64,000 nt of DNA. Source: Eledone cirrhosa. Taxonomy: Eukaryota. How positions within the stretch are numbered: the first letter of the stretch is position 1; each line of letters opens with the position of its first letter. The notes below the pieces were generated by a model. That model was given only the letters and a program-made list of their open reading frames with translations. It had not been told where the DNA came from and did no database searches. Location: contig OZ024762.1 in NCBI GenBank assembly GCA_964016885.1, positions 4,154,001-4,218,000 on the forward strand. Direction: 5' to 3'. The position numbers were made by a program, and so were the translations under genes. Below, piece by piece: positions 40,583 through 54,486 of this stretch.

Positions 40583-42165
40583 TGTGTCGTTTCGACCAGC
40601 AGCTTCCTCTGCCTCAGCACCCTTTTTCTCCAGCCAGTCAGTTCCGCATCGTGAGGGAGTTGCCAGGAATGTGGAGCGGTGCCAGCATGCCAATGGACCA
40701 AGGACAGAAATGGCAAGACGTTGACCAGTGGAGCGGAACAGGAGCAGAGATGGATGGAGCACTTCCGGGAGACGCTGAACCAACCAAATCCGGTCGCCCT
40801 GATAGACTTGACCGCAGAGACTCCAGCAACCACTGAGGTACTCAACGTCTGCGAGGACCATATCACCAAGCAAGAGACGAGAGATGCGATTAGCCACTTG
40901 AGAAACGGCAAAGCAGGCGGACAGGATGAGATCTCTGCTCACATTCGGTGAGGAGAGCACGATAACGGCGTTGAGAGACTTGATGAAGCACTGCTGGAGG
41001 GTTGGTCGGGTTCCCCTTCAGTGGCAGGGCGGTGTCATCGTCAAACTGCCGAAGAAGGGAAACCTGCAACAACTGGCGTCGTATCACATTGCTGTCAGTC
41101 CCAGGCAAGGGGTTCTGCACTGTGCTGCTGCGTCCACTCCGATAGGCTGCCGACTCTGTGCTCCGGGAGGAACAAGCCGGCTTCCGAAAAAAATCGATCC
41201 TGCACGGAACAGATCTTTACACTACGCAACATTCTCGAACAATGCGTTGAGCTACAACAGCCTTTGGCGGTCAATTTTATTGATTTCCAGAAGGCACTCG
41301 ACAGTGTACACCGGGAGTCGCTGTGGAATGTTGCGCAACTGTACGGCATTCCTGCAAGATTCATCGCCATTTTCAAGGCCCTGTATGAAAACTCCAGGTG
41401 CTGCGTGCGGACTGAGTCCGGCGTGACGGAGTTCTTTGGCATTGTCTCCGGAGTCAGACAGGGTTGCATTCTCTCTCCACTGTTGTTCCTGCTGGCAGCC
41501 GATTTTGTGCTAAGGCGAATGGATGAAGGACCCGGTCGAGGAATCCCATGGAGAGGGCAGTCGAGGCTGAGGGACCCGGCTTTCGCCGACGACATCGCTT
41601 TGATCGCTGAAAGCAGTGCAGATCTGCAGGCCCTAACAACATCCCTACAAGAGAGTGCGGAAAAGATCGGCCTGAGAATCAACACCAAAAAGACCAAGGT
41701 CATGAGAACGGCCAGCAACACAGCTCCAGTGATCAGCGTCAACCAACAGGACCTCGAGGAAGTCGATCACTTCACCTATCTGGGCAGCATCCTGACAAGA
41801 TGCGATGACGCGGAGCTCGACATCAACTGTCGGATCGGCAAAGGAGCCACAGTTTTCCAGCGGCTGTGCCCAGTCTGGTCGTCTTCCATGCATTGGCACC
41901 AAGACCAAGCCCCGCCTGTACAAGACCATCGGGCTGCCGACAGTGCTTTATGCGAGCGAGACCTGGAAGAGTACGGCAAAAATAGAGAGACAGCTGAACG
42001 CTTTCCACCAGCGGTGCCTGCGAAAGATCCTTCGTGTGTCCTGGCGCGACCGAGTGCGAAACGAGGAGATCCTGCGGAGAGCCGAGTCGTGGACGCTACA
42101 GAGAGGGGTCACGGAGCGTCGGTGCCGTCTGGCTGGCCATATTCTGCGTCTGCCAAATGATCACG
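40583..42165 (+). mobile_element. GC-rich RTE-clade LINE, frameshifted RT pseudogene
   Basis: RWMEHF; KAGGQDEI; VIVKLPKKGNL; RSCTEQIFTLR; FIDFQKALDSV; GVRQGCILSPLLF; FADDIAL; GLRINTKKTK; FTYLGS; LYASETW. Confidence 0.9.
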
Positions 42166-42900
42166 TTCCTCGAGGAAAATGACCACCTGACTAGCACGCA
42201 GCATGGCTTTCGCCCAGGAAGAAGCTGCCTTACACAGCTGCTACATCACTACGACTGGGTACTGAAACAACTGCTAGACAGCTCACATGTGGACGTGATA
42301 TATCTTGACTTTACGAAGGCCTTTGACAAGGTCGACCACGGAATGATATGTTAGAAACTACACAGACTCGGCATAACTGGAAAAGTAGGTGAATGGCTGC
42401 ATGGCTTCCTAAGGGACAGAAACCAGACAGTTGCAGCAAATGGGACCCTCTCAAAGGAAACATCAATAACAAGTGGGGTGTCCCAAGGCACAGTCTTGGG
42501 ACCACTACAGGTGGCTCGCTCAGACATGCCCTCTGTAGTACATACAACATCCCTCACTAGCTATGCTGATGACACTAAGGTAGCACAGGCAATACAATAT
42601 CAGGCTGATGCTGCCCTTTTACAACAAGATCTGGATGCCATATACAGATGGGCTGAGGACAACAACATGCAGTTTAATGCTGGAAAATTTCAAACCCCTA
42701 CAATACCAACCTGTAAACACACATACAGTACAACACAGCTACACTGGTCCAGGAGGGATCGAAATTCCCGTGTCGAAATCGATACGAGACCTGGGAATAG
42801 ACATGCGCGACGATGCATCTTTTTCCTCACACATCATGAAGGTGGCGACAATGTGCAGACGACTCGCTGGCTGCGTTTTGAGGACTTTCCGGACAAATGT
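42160..42900 (+). mobile_element. CR1-clade LINE RT fragment
   Basis: QHGFRPGRSCLTQLL; VDVIYLDFTKAFDKVDH; SGVSQGTVLGPL; YADDTK; LQQDLDAIYRWAEDNNMQFN; contains a stop and frameshifts. Confidence 0.9.
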
Positions 42901-43024
42901 AATCTGAGTTTTTTTCTAATATTAATAATAAATTCGATTCGTTTCCAATTATACAAACAAACCTCATTTTCATAGCCATGTCATCGAATGCTGTTATTAA
43001 TATTCGAAAAACTCAGATAACATT

Positions 43025-43095
<71 letters not shown>

Positions 43096-43534
43096 TACAA
43101 TAATTGAAAAGAATATACCACCTGTGTGTACCCTCCTGCCATCAACTCCCTAATATTTTCACTACAATGGGCCCTATATATTTCAATGAATTCTCCCACA
43201 GACCCTAGACGTTTGGAAGGTCGGCTGTACTCAACAAATTAACGGATGATCCCTCGGCGAATAACACAAGTGTTTCTGGTCAACAGGTTGATAAGCGTTA
43301 GAATATGTGTGTGTGTATATATATGTATATATATGTATATATATGTGTCTGTATGTTTGTATATATATATAATAATAATTGTTTCTACTTTTGGCACAAG
43401 GCCAGCAATTATTCCAGTGTATTACTGGTACTTTATTTTATTGACCCCGTAAGGATGAAAGGCGGGATTTGAGGTTAACTTTGCCTTTATAATAATAATA
43501 TATTATTTAATATAAAAAAAAAAAAATATATATA

Positions 43535-43722
43535 AATTTAATATAGAAATGGCTTCTGCAGGACCAGAACTGTTTTATTCGTAAGAAATCAAGGTTTTCC
43601 TGATGATTTCTTACGAATGAAATAGTTCTAGTCCTGTAGAAGCCATTTCTATATTAAATTTTGTATATACACTACTAATGTATTGAGTACTTCACTTACT
43701 GTGGTTACCCCCGATTGAACCT

Positions 43723-43724
<2 letters not shown>
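43535..43724 (+). mobile_element. Mini-PLE family D
   Basis: About 57-bp inverted arms; CTGATGA-tttc ttac gaat-GAAA; tail. Confidence 0.7.
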
Positions 43725-43777
<53 letters not shown>

Positions 43778-44133
43778 TCTACATACATATATACGCACAA
43801 AATACTGGAGACGAGTGTTGTTTTTTTTTTTTCGAAAGCAAGTTGCTACGTGGTAGTTCGAGATGCTAGAAATAGCAGCCAATCTTTCCGATTTCGGGAG
43901 GAAAAGTAATCGTTTTTAACATGATTTCGAAGTCAGAGTCGTTGAAAGCACACGAAATAACATTGGAAAAGAATAAAAAAGAAAAAGCCACCGAAAGAAA
44001 ACTCCGTGGGTGGGGAAACTCGGAGGACCTAACCCCATTGCGTCTCTATTGGAGGTCAGATTAGTTGAAAGTACACGAAAAAAACCGGTGGAAAAAATTA
44101 TATAAACACACACACGTATATATATAAATATAT

Positions 44134-44166
<33 letters not shown>

Positions 44167-44376
44167 CACACACACACATATATATATATACACACACACA
44201 TATATATATATATATACACACGCACACATATATATACACGCACACACATATATATATACACACGCACACATATATATATATATACACGCACACACACATA
44301 TATATATATATACACACACATAACTGGAGACAGGTGTATTATCTAAGTCTCCAGTTCTTTTAGTAATTGTGTGTGT

Positions 44377-44427
<51 letters not shown>

Positions 44428-44544
44428 ATATTAACAAATGGAAACTATATTTATAAAACCATATTTATTTTATTATACATATTTCAAGGGCCACCAAGGC
44501 CCTTTTTTAAGCTTGTTGCATCCCAACAAATTAAATATAACCTC

Positions 44545-44608
<64 letters not shown>

Positions 44609-45005
44609 GAAATAATAAATACAAAGACCAAACTCGAAAGAAGAGTCGATAAGGGTTGTGTGTATATATATATATATATATACAAGTATATATATACCCC
44701 TTAATATTCAATAACATTTACAATATATATTGAAGCGAATGTCTATGTATATATACACACACAATATAAACATATATACATACACACACATATATATACA
44801 CGCATATACATACATATATATATATATAAGTTTTAATATAGATGAGATTCTACAGGTCTAGTACCTTATATATATATTATATATATATACACTCACACGC
44901 TGCATATATATACCCACACACTGATATATATATATATATAATATATAATATATAATATATATATATAAGTTTTAATATAGATGAGATTCTACAGGTCTAG
45001 TTCCT

Positions 45006-45038
<33 letters not shown>

Positions 45039-45307
45039 CACTCACACGCTGGATATATATACACACACACACACACTGATATATATATATATATATATAA
45101 ACATATATTCACACATGGCTTATAATGTAAGAAAGATGAAAGAAATTAAATGAAATGTGTTGTCTACTTACAGAGAATGTCTGAACTAATGTTTGTTATA
45201 TCCAGCGAGATTAAATAGTAAAATTATCTCCGTAAAATAGACAGCCATTGCCTAACTGTCCACAATATTTTACGTTTACGTCTGCCATACTGTCAATATG
45301 TACTGAC

Positions 45308-47190
45308 GCTGTTGTTACTGCTGCTGCTGCTGTTAGTGGTGGTGTAACTGTTGCTGCAGTTGCTGCTGCTACTGTTGGTGAAGTTACTGTTGATATTGCT
45401 GGTGGTGGTGGTGGTGGTGGTGTAACTGTTGCTGCTACTGGTGAAGTTACTGCTGCTGAAGTTACTGTTGATATTGCTGGTGGTGGTGGTGGTGGTGGTG
45501 GTGTAACTGTTGCTGCAGTTGTTACTACTGCTGCTGCTGGTGTAACTGTTGCTGCAGTTGTTACTACTGCTGCTGCTGGTGTAACTGTTGCTGCAGTTGT
45601 TACTACTGCTGCTGCTGGTGTAACTGTTGCTGCAGTTGTTACTACTGCTGCTGGTGTAACTGTTGCTGCAGTTGTTACTACTGCTGCTGCTGGTGCTGGT
45701 GAAGTTACTGTTGATATTGATGGTGGTGGTGCTGGTGGTGGTGGTGGTGTAACTGTTGCTGCAGTTGTTACTACTGCTGCTGCTGGTGTAACTGTTGCTG
45801 CAGTTGTTACTACTGCTGCTGGTGTAACTGTTGCTGCAGTTGTTACTACTGCTGCTGCTGGTGCTGGTGAAGTTACTGTTGATATTGATGGTGGTGGTGC
45901 TGGTGGTGGTGGTGGTGTAACTGTTGCTGCAGTTGTTACTACTGCTGCTGCTGCTGGTGTAACTGTTGCTGCAGTTGTTACTGCTGCTGGTGAAGTTGCT
46001 GTTGATATTGCTGGTGGTGGTGGTGTAACTGTTGCTGCTGCTGGTGAAGTTGCTGTTGATACTGCTGGTGGTGGTGGTGGTGTAACTGTTGCTGCAGTTG
46101 TTACTACTGCTGCTGCTGCAACTGTTGCTGCAGTTGTTACTACTGCTGCTGGTGTGTAACTGTTGCTGCAGTTGTCACTACTGCTGCTGGTGTGTAACTG
46201 TTGCTGCAGTTGTCACTACTGCTGCTGGTGTGTAACTGTTGCTGCAGTTGTTACTACTGCTGCTGGTGTAACTGTTGCTGCAGTTGTTACTACTGCAGGT
46301 GAAGTTACTGTTGATATTGCTGGTGGTGGTGGTGGTGGTGGTGTAACTGTTGCTGCTGCTGGTGAAGTTGCTGTTGATACTGCTGGTGGTGGTGGTGGTG
46401 TAACTGTTGCTGCAGTTGTCACTACTGCTGCTGCTGGTGGTGAAGTTACTGTTGATATTGCTGGTGGTAGTGGTGGTGGTGGTGGTGGTGTAACTGTTGC
46501 TGCTGCTGGTGAAGTTGCTGTTGATATTGCTGGTGGTGGTGGTGGTGGTGGTGGTGGTGTAACTGTTGCTGCTGCTGGTGAAGTTGCTGTTGATACTGCT
46601 GGTGGTGGTGGTGGTGTAACTGTTGCTGCAGTTGTTACTACTGCTGCTGCTGCTGCAACTGTTGCTGCAGTTGTTACTACTGCTGCTGCTGGTGGTGAAG
46701 TTACTGTTGATATTGCTGGTGGTGGTGGTGGTGGTGGAACTGTTGCTGCAGTTGCTGCTGCTGCTGCTGGTGGTGAAGCTACTGTTGGTGCTGCTGGTGA
46801 AGTTACTGTTGATACTGCTGGTGGTGGTGGTGGTGGTGTAACTGCTGCTGCTGCTGGTGAAGTTGCTATTGATATTGCTGGTGGTGGTGGTGGTGGTGGT
46901 GGTGGAACTGTTGCTGCAGTTGTTACTACTGCTGCTGCTGCTGGTGGGGAAACTGTTGCTGCAGTTGTTGTTGTTACTGCTGCAGCTGTTACTGTTGATA
47001 TTGGTGCTGCTGTTACTGTTGGTGGTGATGTTACTGTTGTTATTGGTGCTGCTGTTACTGTTGGTGGTGATGTTACTGTTGTTATTGGTGCTGCTGTTAC
47101 TGTTGGTGGTGCAGTTACTGTTAGTGCTGCTGTTGTTGTTGTTATTGTTGCTGTTATTACTGCTGCTGTTAGTGATATTGCTGCTGTTGT
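45308..47190. repeat. Triplet-phased complex minisatellite (GCT/GGT/GTT/ACT modules)
   Basis: Modules gtaactgttgctgcagttgttactactgct and ggtgaagttactgttgatattgct(ggt)n. Confidence 0.9.
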
Positions 47191-47414
47191 TTTGCAGCTA
47201 TTCTCGCCGTTACAGTTGTTGCTGCTGCTACTGCTGCTATTTCGTTTGGCAATGTTGTTAGTGCTTCTGCTGTTGCTGCTGTTATTGTTGTTGCTGCTGC
47301 TTTTGCTGATAATGTTGTTGATATACCTGTTGCTCTTGCTGCTGTTGGTGCACCTGTTGCTGTTACCGCTACTGTTGTGATACCTGCTGCTGCTGCTGCT
47401 GCTGCTGTTATTTT

Positions 47415-47518
47415 TACTGTTGTGTAATTGCTGTTGTTGCTGTTGTTGCTGCTGCCGTTTCCGTTGTTGTTGCTGCTGTTGTTGTTGTTGTTGTTGCTGC
47501 TGTTGCTGCTGCTGCTGT

Positions 47519-47565
<47 letters not shown>

Positions 47566-47641
47566 TTGTTGTTGTTGCTGTTGTTGTTGCTGTTGTTGTT
47601 GTTGCTGTTGTTGCTGTTGTTGTTGTTGCTGTTGTTGTTGT

Positions 47642-47673
<32 letters not shown>

Positions 47674-47726
47674 TTGTTGCTGCTGCTGCTGTTGTTCCCA
47701 CTGTTGTTGTTGTTGCTGTTGTTGTT
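47415..47726. repeat. (TGT/TGC)n microsatellite
   Basis: Direct reading. Confidence 0.95.
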
Positions 47727-47794
47727 AGCAAACGTGATAGTTCTGTTTCTCTCTGCGACTCTCGTTGGCGCGCGTGCATGTGTGTGTGTGTGTG

Positions 47795-47839
<45 letters not shown>

Positions 47840-47921
47840 TTGCTGTAATATGTATCTGTGTATGCTATTATGTGTATGTGCACTGGAATATTGGGTGCGT
47901 ACGGTAATATTCCTGTTGTAA

Positions 47922-47955
<34 letters not shown>

Positions 47956-48260
47956 GTAATGTATGCGTATGTAGGCTGTAATATATGTGTGTGTATGCTG
48001 TAATATATATATATGTGTGTGTGTGTGTCTGTGCTGTAATACGTGTGTTCGCGCTCGTTGCAATATATATGCGTTGTTTACTATCGTGTCTGTCTTATTG
48101 ACAAGTCTGTCTGCGTGTATATGTGTATGTATGTATGCATATATGTATGTATATATGTATGTATATATGTATGTATATATGTATGTATATATGCATGTAT
48201 GTATGTATATATGTATGTATATATGTATGTATATATGTATGTATATATGTATGCATGTAT

Positions 48261-48293
<33 letters not shown>

Positions 48294-48594
48294 GTAATAA
48301 TAATAAATGTGAAGACTAAAATCCAAAGAGGGGTCGATAAAGATAAATATATAACAAATATATAGATCCCGTTAAGGGTGAAAGCAGCGATTCTTTGCTT
48401 AAACTTTAATCTGTTATTTTAATAAATATATATATATATATATTATATATATATATATATATGTCTATCTACGTATCTAAAATTCCCTGCAATCAACATT
48501 TCCTATATTGTATGGATATTCCAATCAACTGTTCTTGTCGGAGTTATCGATATTATGTATTTTTATTACATCCATAACAGGAGTGATGTCAACA

Positions 48595-49622
48595 GACTGA
48601 GGAAACTGTTGCTATTGTTGCTAAGCACATACAATTAATGGCAAAAGCAAAGGGGAAAGAACAATTAAGATCAAAGTGGGAGCTGAAATCTCTGCAGAGC
48701 AAATATGTGGCCCGTAGCAAACAAGCTGATGTTAACCAAAAGCACAGCCATCAGTGGCTACGTAGTTCAGGGCTAAAAGCAGAGAGCGAAGGCTTCATCT
48801 TAGCTGCCCAAGATCAAAGCTTACTGACTCGGAATTACGAAGCCAATGTGATGAGAAATGGAATAAATCCAAAGTGGCGATTCTGCAATGTTGAGGTTGA
48901 AACAGTGGACCACTTAGTTTCTGGATGTAAAGTTTTAGCCCCAGTAGAATACAAATATTGACTGGTCAATATGTTGGCATTATAAAATCAAAGCTGAAGA
49001 CAAGTGGTACAACCATCACCCTGAGGCTGTGACTGAAGGAGAAAAAGTAACAATTCTCTGGGACTTTCCTGTACATACTGTCAGGACCATAACAGCAAAT
49101 AGACCTGACATCATTATAAAAGATCAACATAAGAAGGTCTGTTTGTTGATAGATATGAGCATCCCATCTGATCACAATATCGCGGCAAAAGAATTTGACA
49201 AGCTAGGAAAATATAAAGATCTGCTAATTGAAATTGAGAAAATGTGGCACCCCAAGGCCGTTACAATACCAGTGATTGTGGGAGGACTGGGAATGATCAA
49301 GAAAGGAACAGAACAGTATTTGCGAATGATTCCTGGTTTACCCTCTCTGCACGAGGTGCAAAAAATTGTTTTGACTGGTACTGCACACGTATTGAGAAGA
49401 GCACTATCTCTGTAAGATTGATATCTCTCCTTGTATTTACATATACATATGCACATGTGTATATATGTATACTGTTTTTTTTTAAAAATTATAATCAATG
49501 TGCTGTATTAACTGGCTTACCAATGCACACTGTGAATTATTCGCCCTAGGTGTCAGGAAGACACTCGGCATATATCTCAGGAACAATAATGAAAGAAAAT
49601 AAAAATAACAATAATAATAATA
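48595..49622 (+). mobile_element. R4/Dong-clade LINE 3' part (Zn knuckle plus restriction-like endonuclease), decayed
   Basis: LKAESEGFILAAQDQ; (W)RFC...ETVDHLVSGC; ILWDF; NRPDII; LIDMSIP; KLGKYKDL; PVIVGGLG; ends in (TAA)n. Confidence 0.85.
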
Positions 49623-49973
49623 AAATAAGGACGATTTGTTATGTTTTCATTGCGTTTATTGAGTAGTGATGTGCGTTTCGCTACTGATCAGCTCAAAGTT
49701 CGATCTGTATCAATCTAGCCCGACTCTGGAATTAAAAACTTGTACAGTATGTACCCGTAACTCCTGAGGTAGTCGTATGGGTGCTATAGTGGCATACAGC
49801 GTTTCTTTGGACATTCAAACCTGGTGGAGCCCATCTCCAGGCCTCAGTATAGTAGATTTCTTCCAGAGAAGGATTTGAGAAAAGTGAGAAAAATCTACTC
49901 CAGTACAAGACTGGTACTTGTTTTTATCGATCTTGAATAGATGAAAAATAAAATTGACATCGGCGGGATTTGA

Positions 49974-50044
<71 letters not shown>

Positions 50045-50132
50045 AAAAGGAATACAGCAAAACATTTTACCCGATGTTCTAACGACTACCAATTCGCCCC
50101 TTAATACACACACATTATTTAAGATTTTAATC

Positions 50133-50320
50133 TGTGAAATCCCTATACATATTTCAATGGGCCAGCTCCATCATCCAATTATGATGCAACACAGGACGAT
50201 CTTATCAGGTAACTTCAACAGAATTACATAAAAGGGTTACATTGAACCCAAACCTCTCATGGGGGATAGGGAAAAGAGAATAGGAAATTGAAAAATGAAA
50301 ATTCGACCCGGGGACTGCCT
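50133..50320 (-). mobile_element. Family H, second copy
   Basis: Identity to 25388-25576. Confidence 0.65.
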
Positions 50321-50365
50321 GTAAAAAAACTGGTATAGTGTGAAAAGGCGGCCCTTTTATATATA

Positions 50366-50407
<42 letters not shown>

Positions 50408-50501
50408 TCATTATATTAAGGCTGAATAAAATAAAGTACCAGTAATACACTGGGTTATTGCTGGCCTTGTGCTTAAAGTAGAAACAATTATATTAAGGCT
50501 G

Positions 50502-50615
50502 AATAGTGAGTCTTGTTTCTCTAGAGTTTCAGGCGAAACTCCAGAGTAATAAGACTCACTATTGATACAAATTCTTCTTCGGTATTGAGTACTCCTTCCT
50601 TTCAGCTGTCAACAA
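50502..50615 (+). mobile_element. Highly truncated fold-back mini-element
   Basis: 29-bp inverted arms around aggc; ggcGAAACtccagagTA hammerhead 3' half; GTATTGAGTACT tail motif. Confidence 0.5.
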
Positions 50616-52407
50616 CACACACACACACACACACAAGAGAGAGAGAAGGGGAATACAGAGGGGAGAGAGAGAGGGGAAGAGAGAAAGTAAGAAAGAGAGA
50701 GGGGAAGAGAGAAAGTGAGAAAGAGAGGAAGTGAGAATGAGAGAAAGAGAGAGCCAGAGATAATTATTTCTACTTTTGGCACAAGGCCAGCAATTACCCA
50801 GTGTATTACTGGTACTTTATTTTATCGACCCCGTAAGGATGAAAGGCAAAGTCAACCTCAGCGAGGGAAAGAAGAAATTAGTGTTAGAATGAGATAGAAA
50901 GTGTAGGGTAGAAGCAATCTACCACCTCACACTCCCCTTCATATTTCTGTGAATAACTCTAAAAACCAAAGACGTTTCATTCAAACCATTTACACATCAC
51001 CAGTGTGTGTCGTTGTGTTTATATGTGTGTGTCGGTCTGTGTTTATGTGTGTGTGTCGGTCTGTTTATATGTGTGTGTCGGTCTGTGTTTATGTGTGTGT
51101 GTCGGTCTGTTTATATGTGTGAGTGTCTTTCTGTGTCTGTGTGTGTGTCGGTCTGTGTTTATGTATGCGTGCGTGTCTGTGTTTATATGTGTGAGTGTCT
51201 TTCTGTGTGTGTGTGTGTGTGTGGGTCTGTGTTTATATGTGTGCGTGTGTGTCTGTGTCTATGTGTGTGTGTGTGTGTGTGTCGGTCTGTGTTTATATGT
51301 GTGAGTGTCATTCTGTGTCTGTGTGTGTGTGTGTGTGTATGTCGGTCTGTGTTTATATGTGTGTGCGTGTGTGTGTGTATCTGCGCTTATATGTATATGT
51401 ATCGGGTTGTGTTTATGTTTGTGTGGGACGCTGCGCGTTTGTGTGTGTTTGTGCTATGTGTGACGGTTTGTGTTTGTGCTTATATGTGTGTGTGTGTGTG
51501 TGTGTGTGTCAGTTTGTGTTTGTGCTTATATGTGTGCTTATATGTGTGTGGGACGCTGAGCGCGCGTTTGTGTGTGTGATGTCTGTCTGTGCTTATATAT
51601 GTGTGTGTGCGTGCCTGTACTTATATGTGTGTGTTTATATGCATGTGTGCCTGTTTGTGGTTATGTGAGTGTATGTCTGTGGTTGTGTTTATGTGTGTGT
51701 GTGGGACGCTGTGTGTGTGGGACGCTGTGTGTGTGTGCGTGTGCGTGTGTGTGTGTTTATGTGTGTGTCTGCGTCAGTGTGCTAAAGTATATATGTATGT
51801 CTGTGTGTGTGTGTGTGTGCATCAGTGCTTGTGTACTTGTCCATGTGTTTATGAGTGTGTGCGGGATGCTGTGCATTTACATGTGACTGCGTCTGTTTTA
51901 GTGTCTGTGTGACGGTGTGTGTGATGGCGTGTGGTGTGTGTGTGTGTGTGTGTGAGAGAGTGTGTGTGACGGGGTGTGTGTGTATGTGTGACGGTGTGTG
52001 TATGTGTGATGGCGTGTGTGTATGTGTGACGGTGTGTGTGTGTGTGTGTATGTGTGATGGCGTGTGTGTATGTGTGACGGTGTGTGTGTGTGTATGTGTG
52101 ACGGTGTGTGTGTGTGTATGTGTGACGGTGTGTGTGTGTGTATGTGAGACAGTGTCTGTGACGGTGTGTGTGTGTGTATGTGTGACGGTGTGTGTGTGTG
52201 TGTGTGTGTGAGACAGTGTCTGTGACGGTGTGTGTGTGCGCACGTGTGTAGCTGGTTTGGCTGGCTGGTTTGTTATTGAAAGAATAAGAGGAGGTGAGGG
52301 GAAAGAGAAGCAGGATGAGAGAGAGTGTGTGTGTGTGTGTGAGAAAGAGAGAGTGTGAGAAACAGAGAGTGTGTGAAAGAGGGAGAGAGAGAGAGAAACG
52401 GTGAGAA

Positions 52408-52438
<31 letters not shown>

Positions 52439-52508
52439 CGTCTATTTCTGAGACAGAAATGTAGGGAACTGTGCTAAACAAACGGGTGCATATATATATA
52501 AATACATA

Positions 52509-52560
<52 letters not shown>

Positions 52561-52676
52561 TATATATATATGCATATATATATACACATATAAATATATA
52601 TGCATATATATATACATATATAAATATATATGCATATTATATATATGCATATATATGTATATACATATATATATAC

Positions 52677-52707
<31 letters not shown>

Positions 52708-52817
52708 CATACATATAAATATATATATGCATATCTATATGTATGTATATATATATATATACATATATATATATACATATATTTATATATATGCATATAT
52801 ATATATATATATATATA

Positions 52818-52863
<46 letters not shown>

Positions 52864-52967
52864 TACATGCATATATATATAAGCATATATATATATGCAT
52901 ATATATGTATATATATATATATGCATATATATATATATACATATATATATGCATATATATATATATA

Positions 52968-53400
52968 CTAGCAGTGGTACCCGGCGTTGCACGGGCCGCC
53001 AGCAGACCTAATCGTGGAAAAACTGCATGCATGGAAATATGTAAAGAAAATAAACCGAATACTCTGATGGCTGGATAATCTTTAATATTTTACTCGATGA
53101 GGCAGGAAAAATGCAGGTTTTCACCTTGATCCCTAGGTTTTCACCTAGGGGATCAAGGAAATGAATTTTTTTATGTGCATAATATGACTTGAAATTTCGG
53201 GAAAATCGGCTAGACGTAACGCCTCGAAAAAGCCCTAAAAAGCTGAAAAAATTAAGTTTTTCACCTAATGCGGGCTCTAGGCCATAAAAAAGTTGGATTT
53301 TTCATGTGCACAACACTCCCTGAAACATAAGTAAGACAAAACCACGTTTATGGTTTAAAAGAAGTCGTAGACTAATATTCTATTAGGTGGTTAATAGAGA
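52968..53400 (-). mobile_element. Non-autonomous Helitron-like element
   Basis: Minus-strand 3' end cccgtgcaacgccggg hairpin followed by CTAG; right boundary approximate. Confidence 0.6.
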
Positions 53401-53451
53401 CGTTCTCTGGCAATGAACGGAAAACACGAAGATAATACGTATAATATATAT

Positions 53452-53612
53452 AAAATTTAATATAGAAATAGCTTCTACGGGATGAGAACTGTTTCATTCA
53501 AAATGATCACTTCCTTCGAATGAAACAGTTCTAGTCCTGTAGAAGCTATTTCTATATTCAATTTTCTATTTATTAATGTATTGAATACTTTACTTACTGT
53601 GGTTACTCCCGA
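53452..53612 (+). mobile_element. Mini-PLE family D
   Basis: About 50-bp inverted arms plus tail. Confidence 0.7.
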
Positions 53613-53658
53613 CAATTAGCTGCCCTCTTGACCATAACAATTTGTGTCTCTGTATATA

Positions 53659-53710
<52 letters not shown>

Positions 53711-53750
53711 GAGACACACATTGTTATGGTCAAGAGGGCAGCTAATTGTC
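53610..53750. repeat. About 45-bp inverted repeat enclosing (TA)n
   Basis: gacaattagctgccctcttgaccataacaat / attgttatggtcaagagggcagctaattgtc. Confidence 0.85.
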
Positions 53751-53777
53751 TACTCACCAGCATCCTGCGTCTTTAAG

Positions 53778-53840
<63 letters not shown>

Positions 53841-54185
53841 TGCTTTCAAAGATAATTATGCTCCACTCCATCATCACCACCACCACCACACATAGTTTCA
53901 TGTATTTATAAATTTACTACGTAAGTCTACAACTAATTGTCTACCCCATTTAACCGTTCATTCATGCTGTCAGTAAATTAAAACTAAAAGTAGAATAAAG
54001 AGAAGTGGTAAGAGAATGGAATTGTAAGGTAAAAGTGATGATGGTGGAAGTGTACGTTGAAAATCATGTGAGGGCTTGATGACCACAACCACAAGGATAT
54101 GGTCCGAACGTGGACATTCATAAATATTACTACATCTATTTATTTATTTATTTATTTATTTATAATTTCCTTAAGTGTACAAACA

Positions 54186-54262
<77 letters not shown>

Positions 54263-54271
<9 letters not shown>

Positions 54272-54455
54272 TAAATATAAGGAACTGTTTCATTGTTTTA
54301 TTCATTATTTGTTTAATATTTTATCTTGACTCTGTATTCCGTTTATCTTTCACCGAAAGTGATTTTTCATTACATCTCTTCTTTCCATGATATCCGGAAT
54401 ACATTGAGTTCTTCATACGGATTGGACACTACCGTAAACTCTTGGTAGATTTATC

Positions 54456-54458
<3 letters not shown>
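54263..54458 (+). mobile_element. Mini-element family F, short inversion plus tail
   Basis: GACTC-TGTATTCCG...CGGAATACA-TT-GAGTT hairpin at 54328-54410; (TA)n flanks. Confidence 0.6.

Positions 54459-54486
<28 letters not shown>

Noticed and set aside
41021-42160. Intact functional reverse transcriptase gene (379-aa ORF)
   Set aside because: Both ORF ends are out of frame, the endonuclease is missing and several frameshifts are present; it is a dead LINE copy.
47414-47907. Poly-Cys, poly-Leu and poly-Thr ORFs
   Set aside because: Pure (TGT/TGC)n microsatellite.
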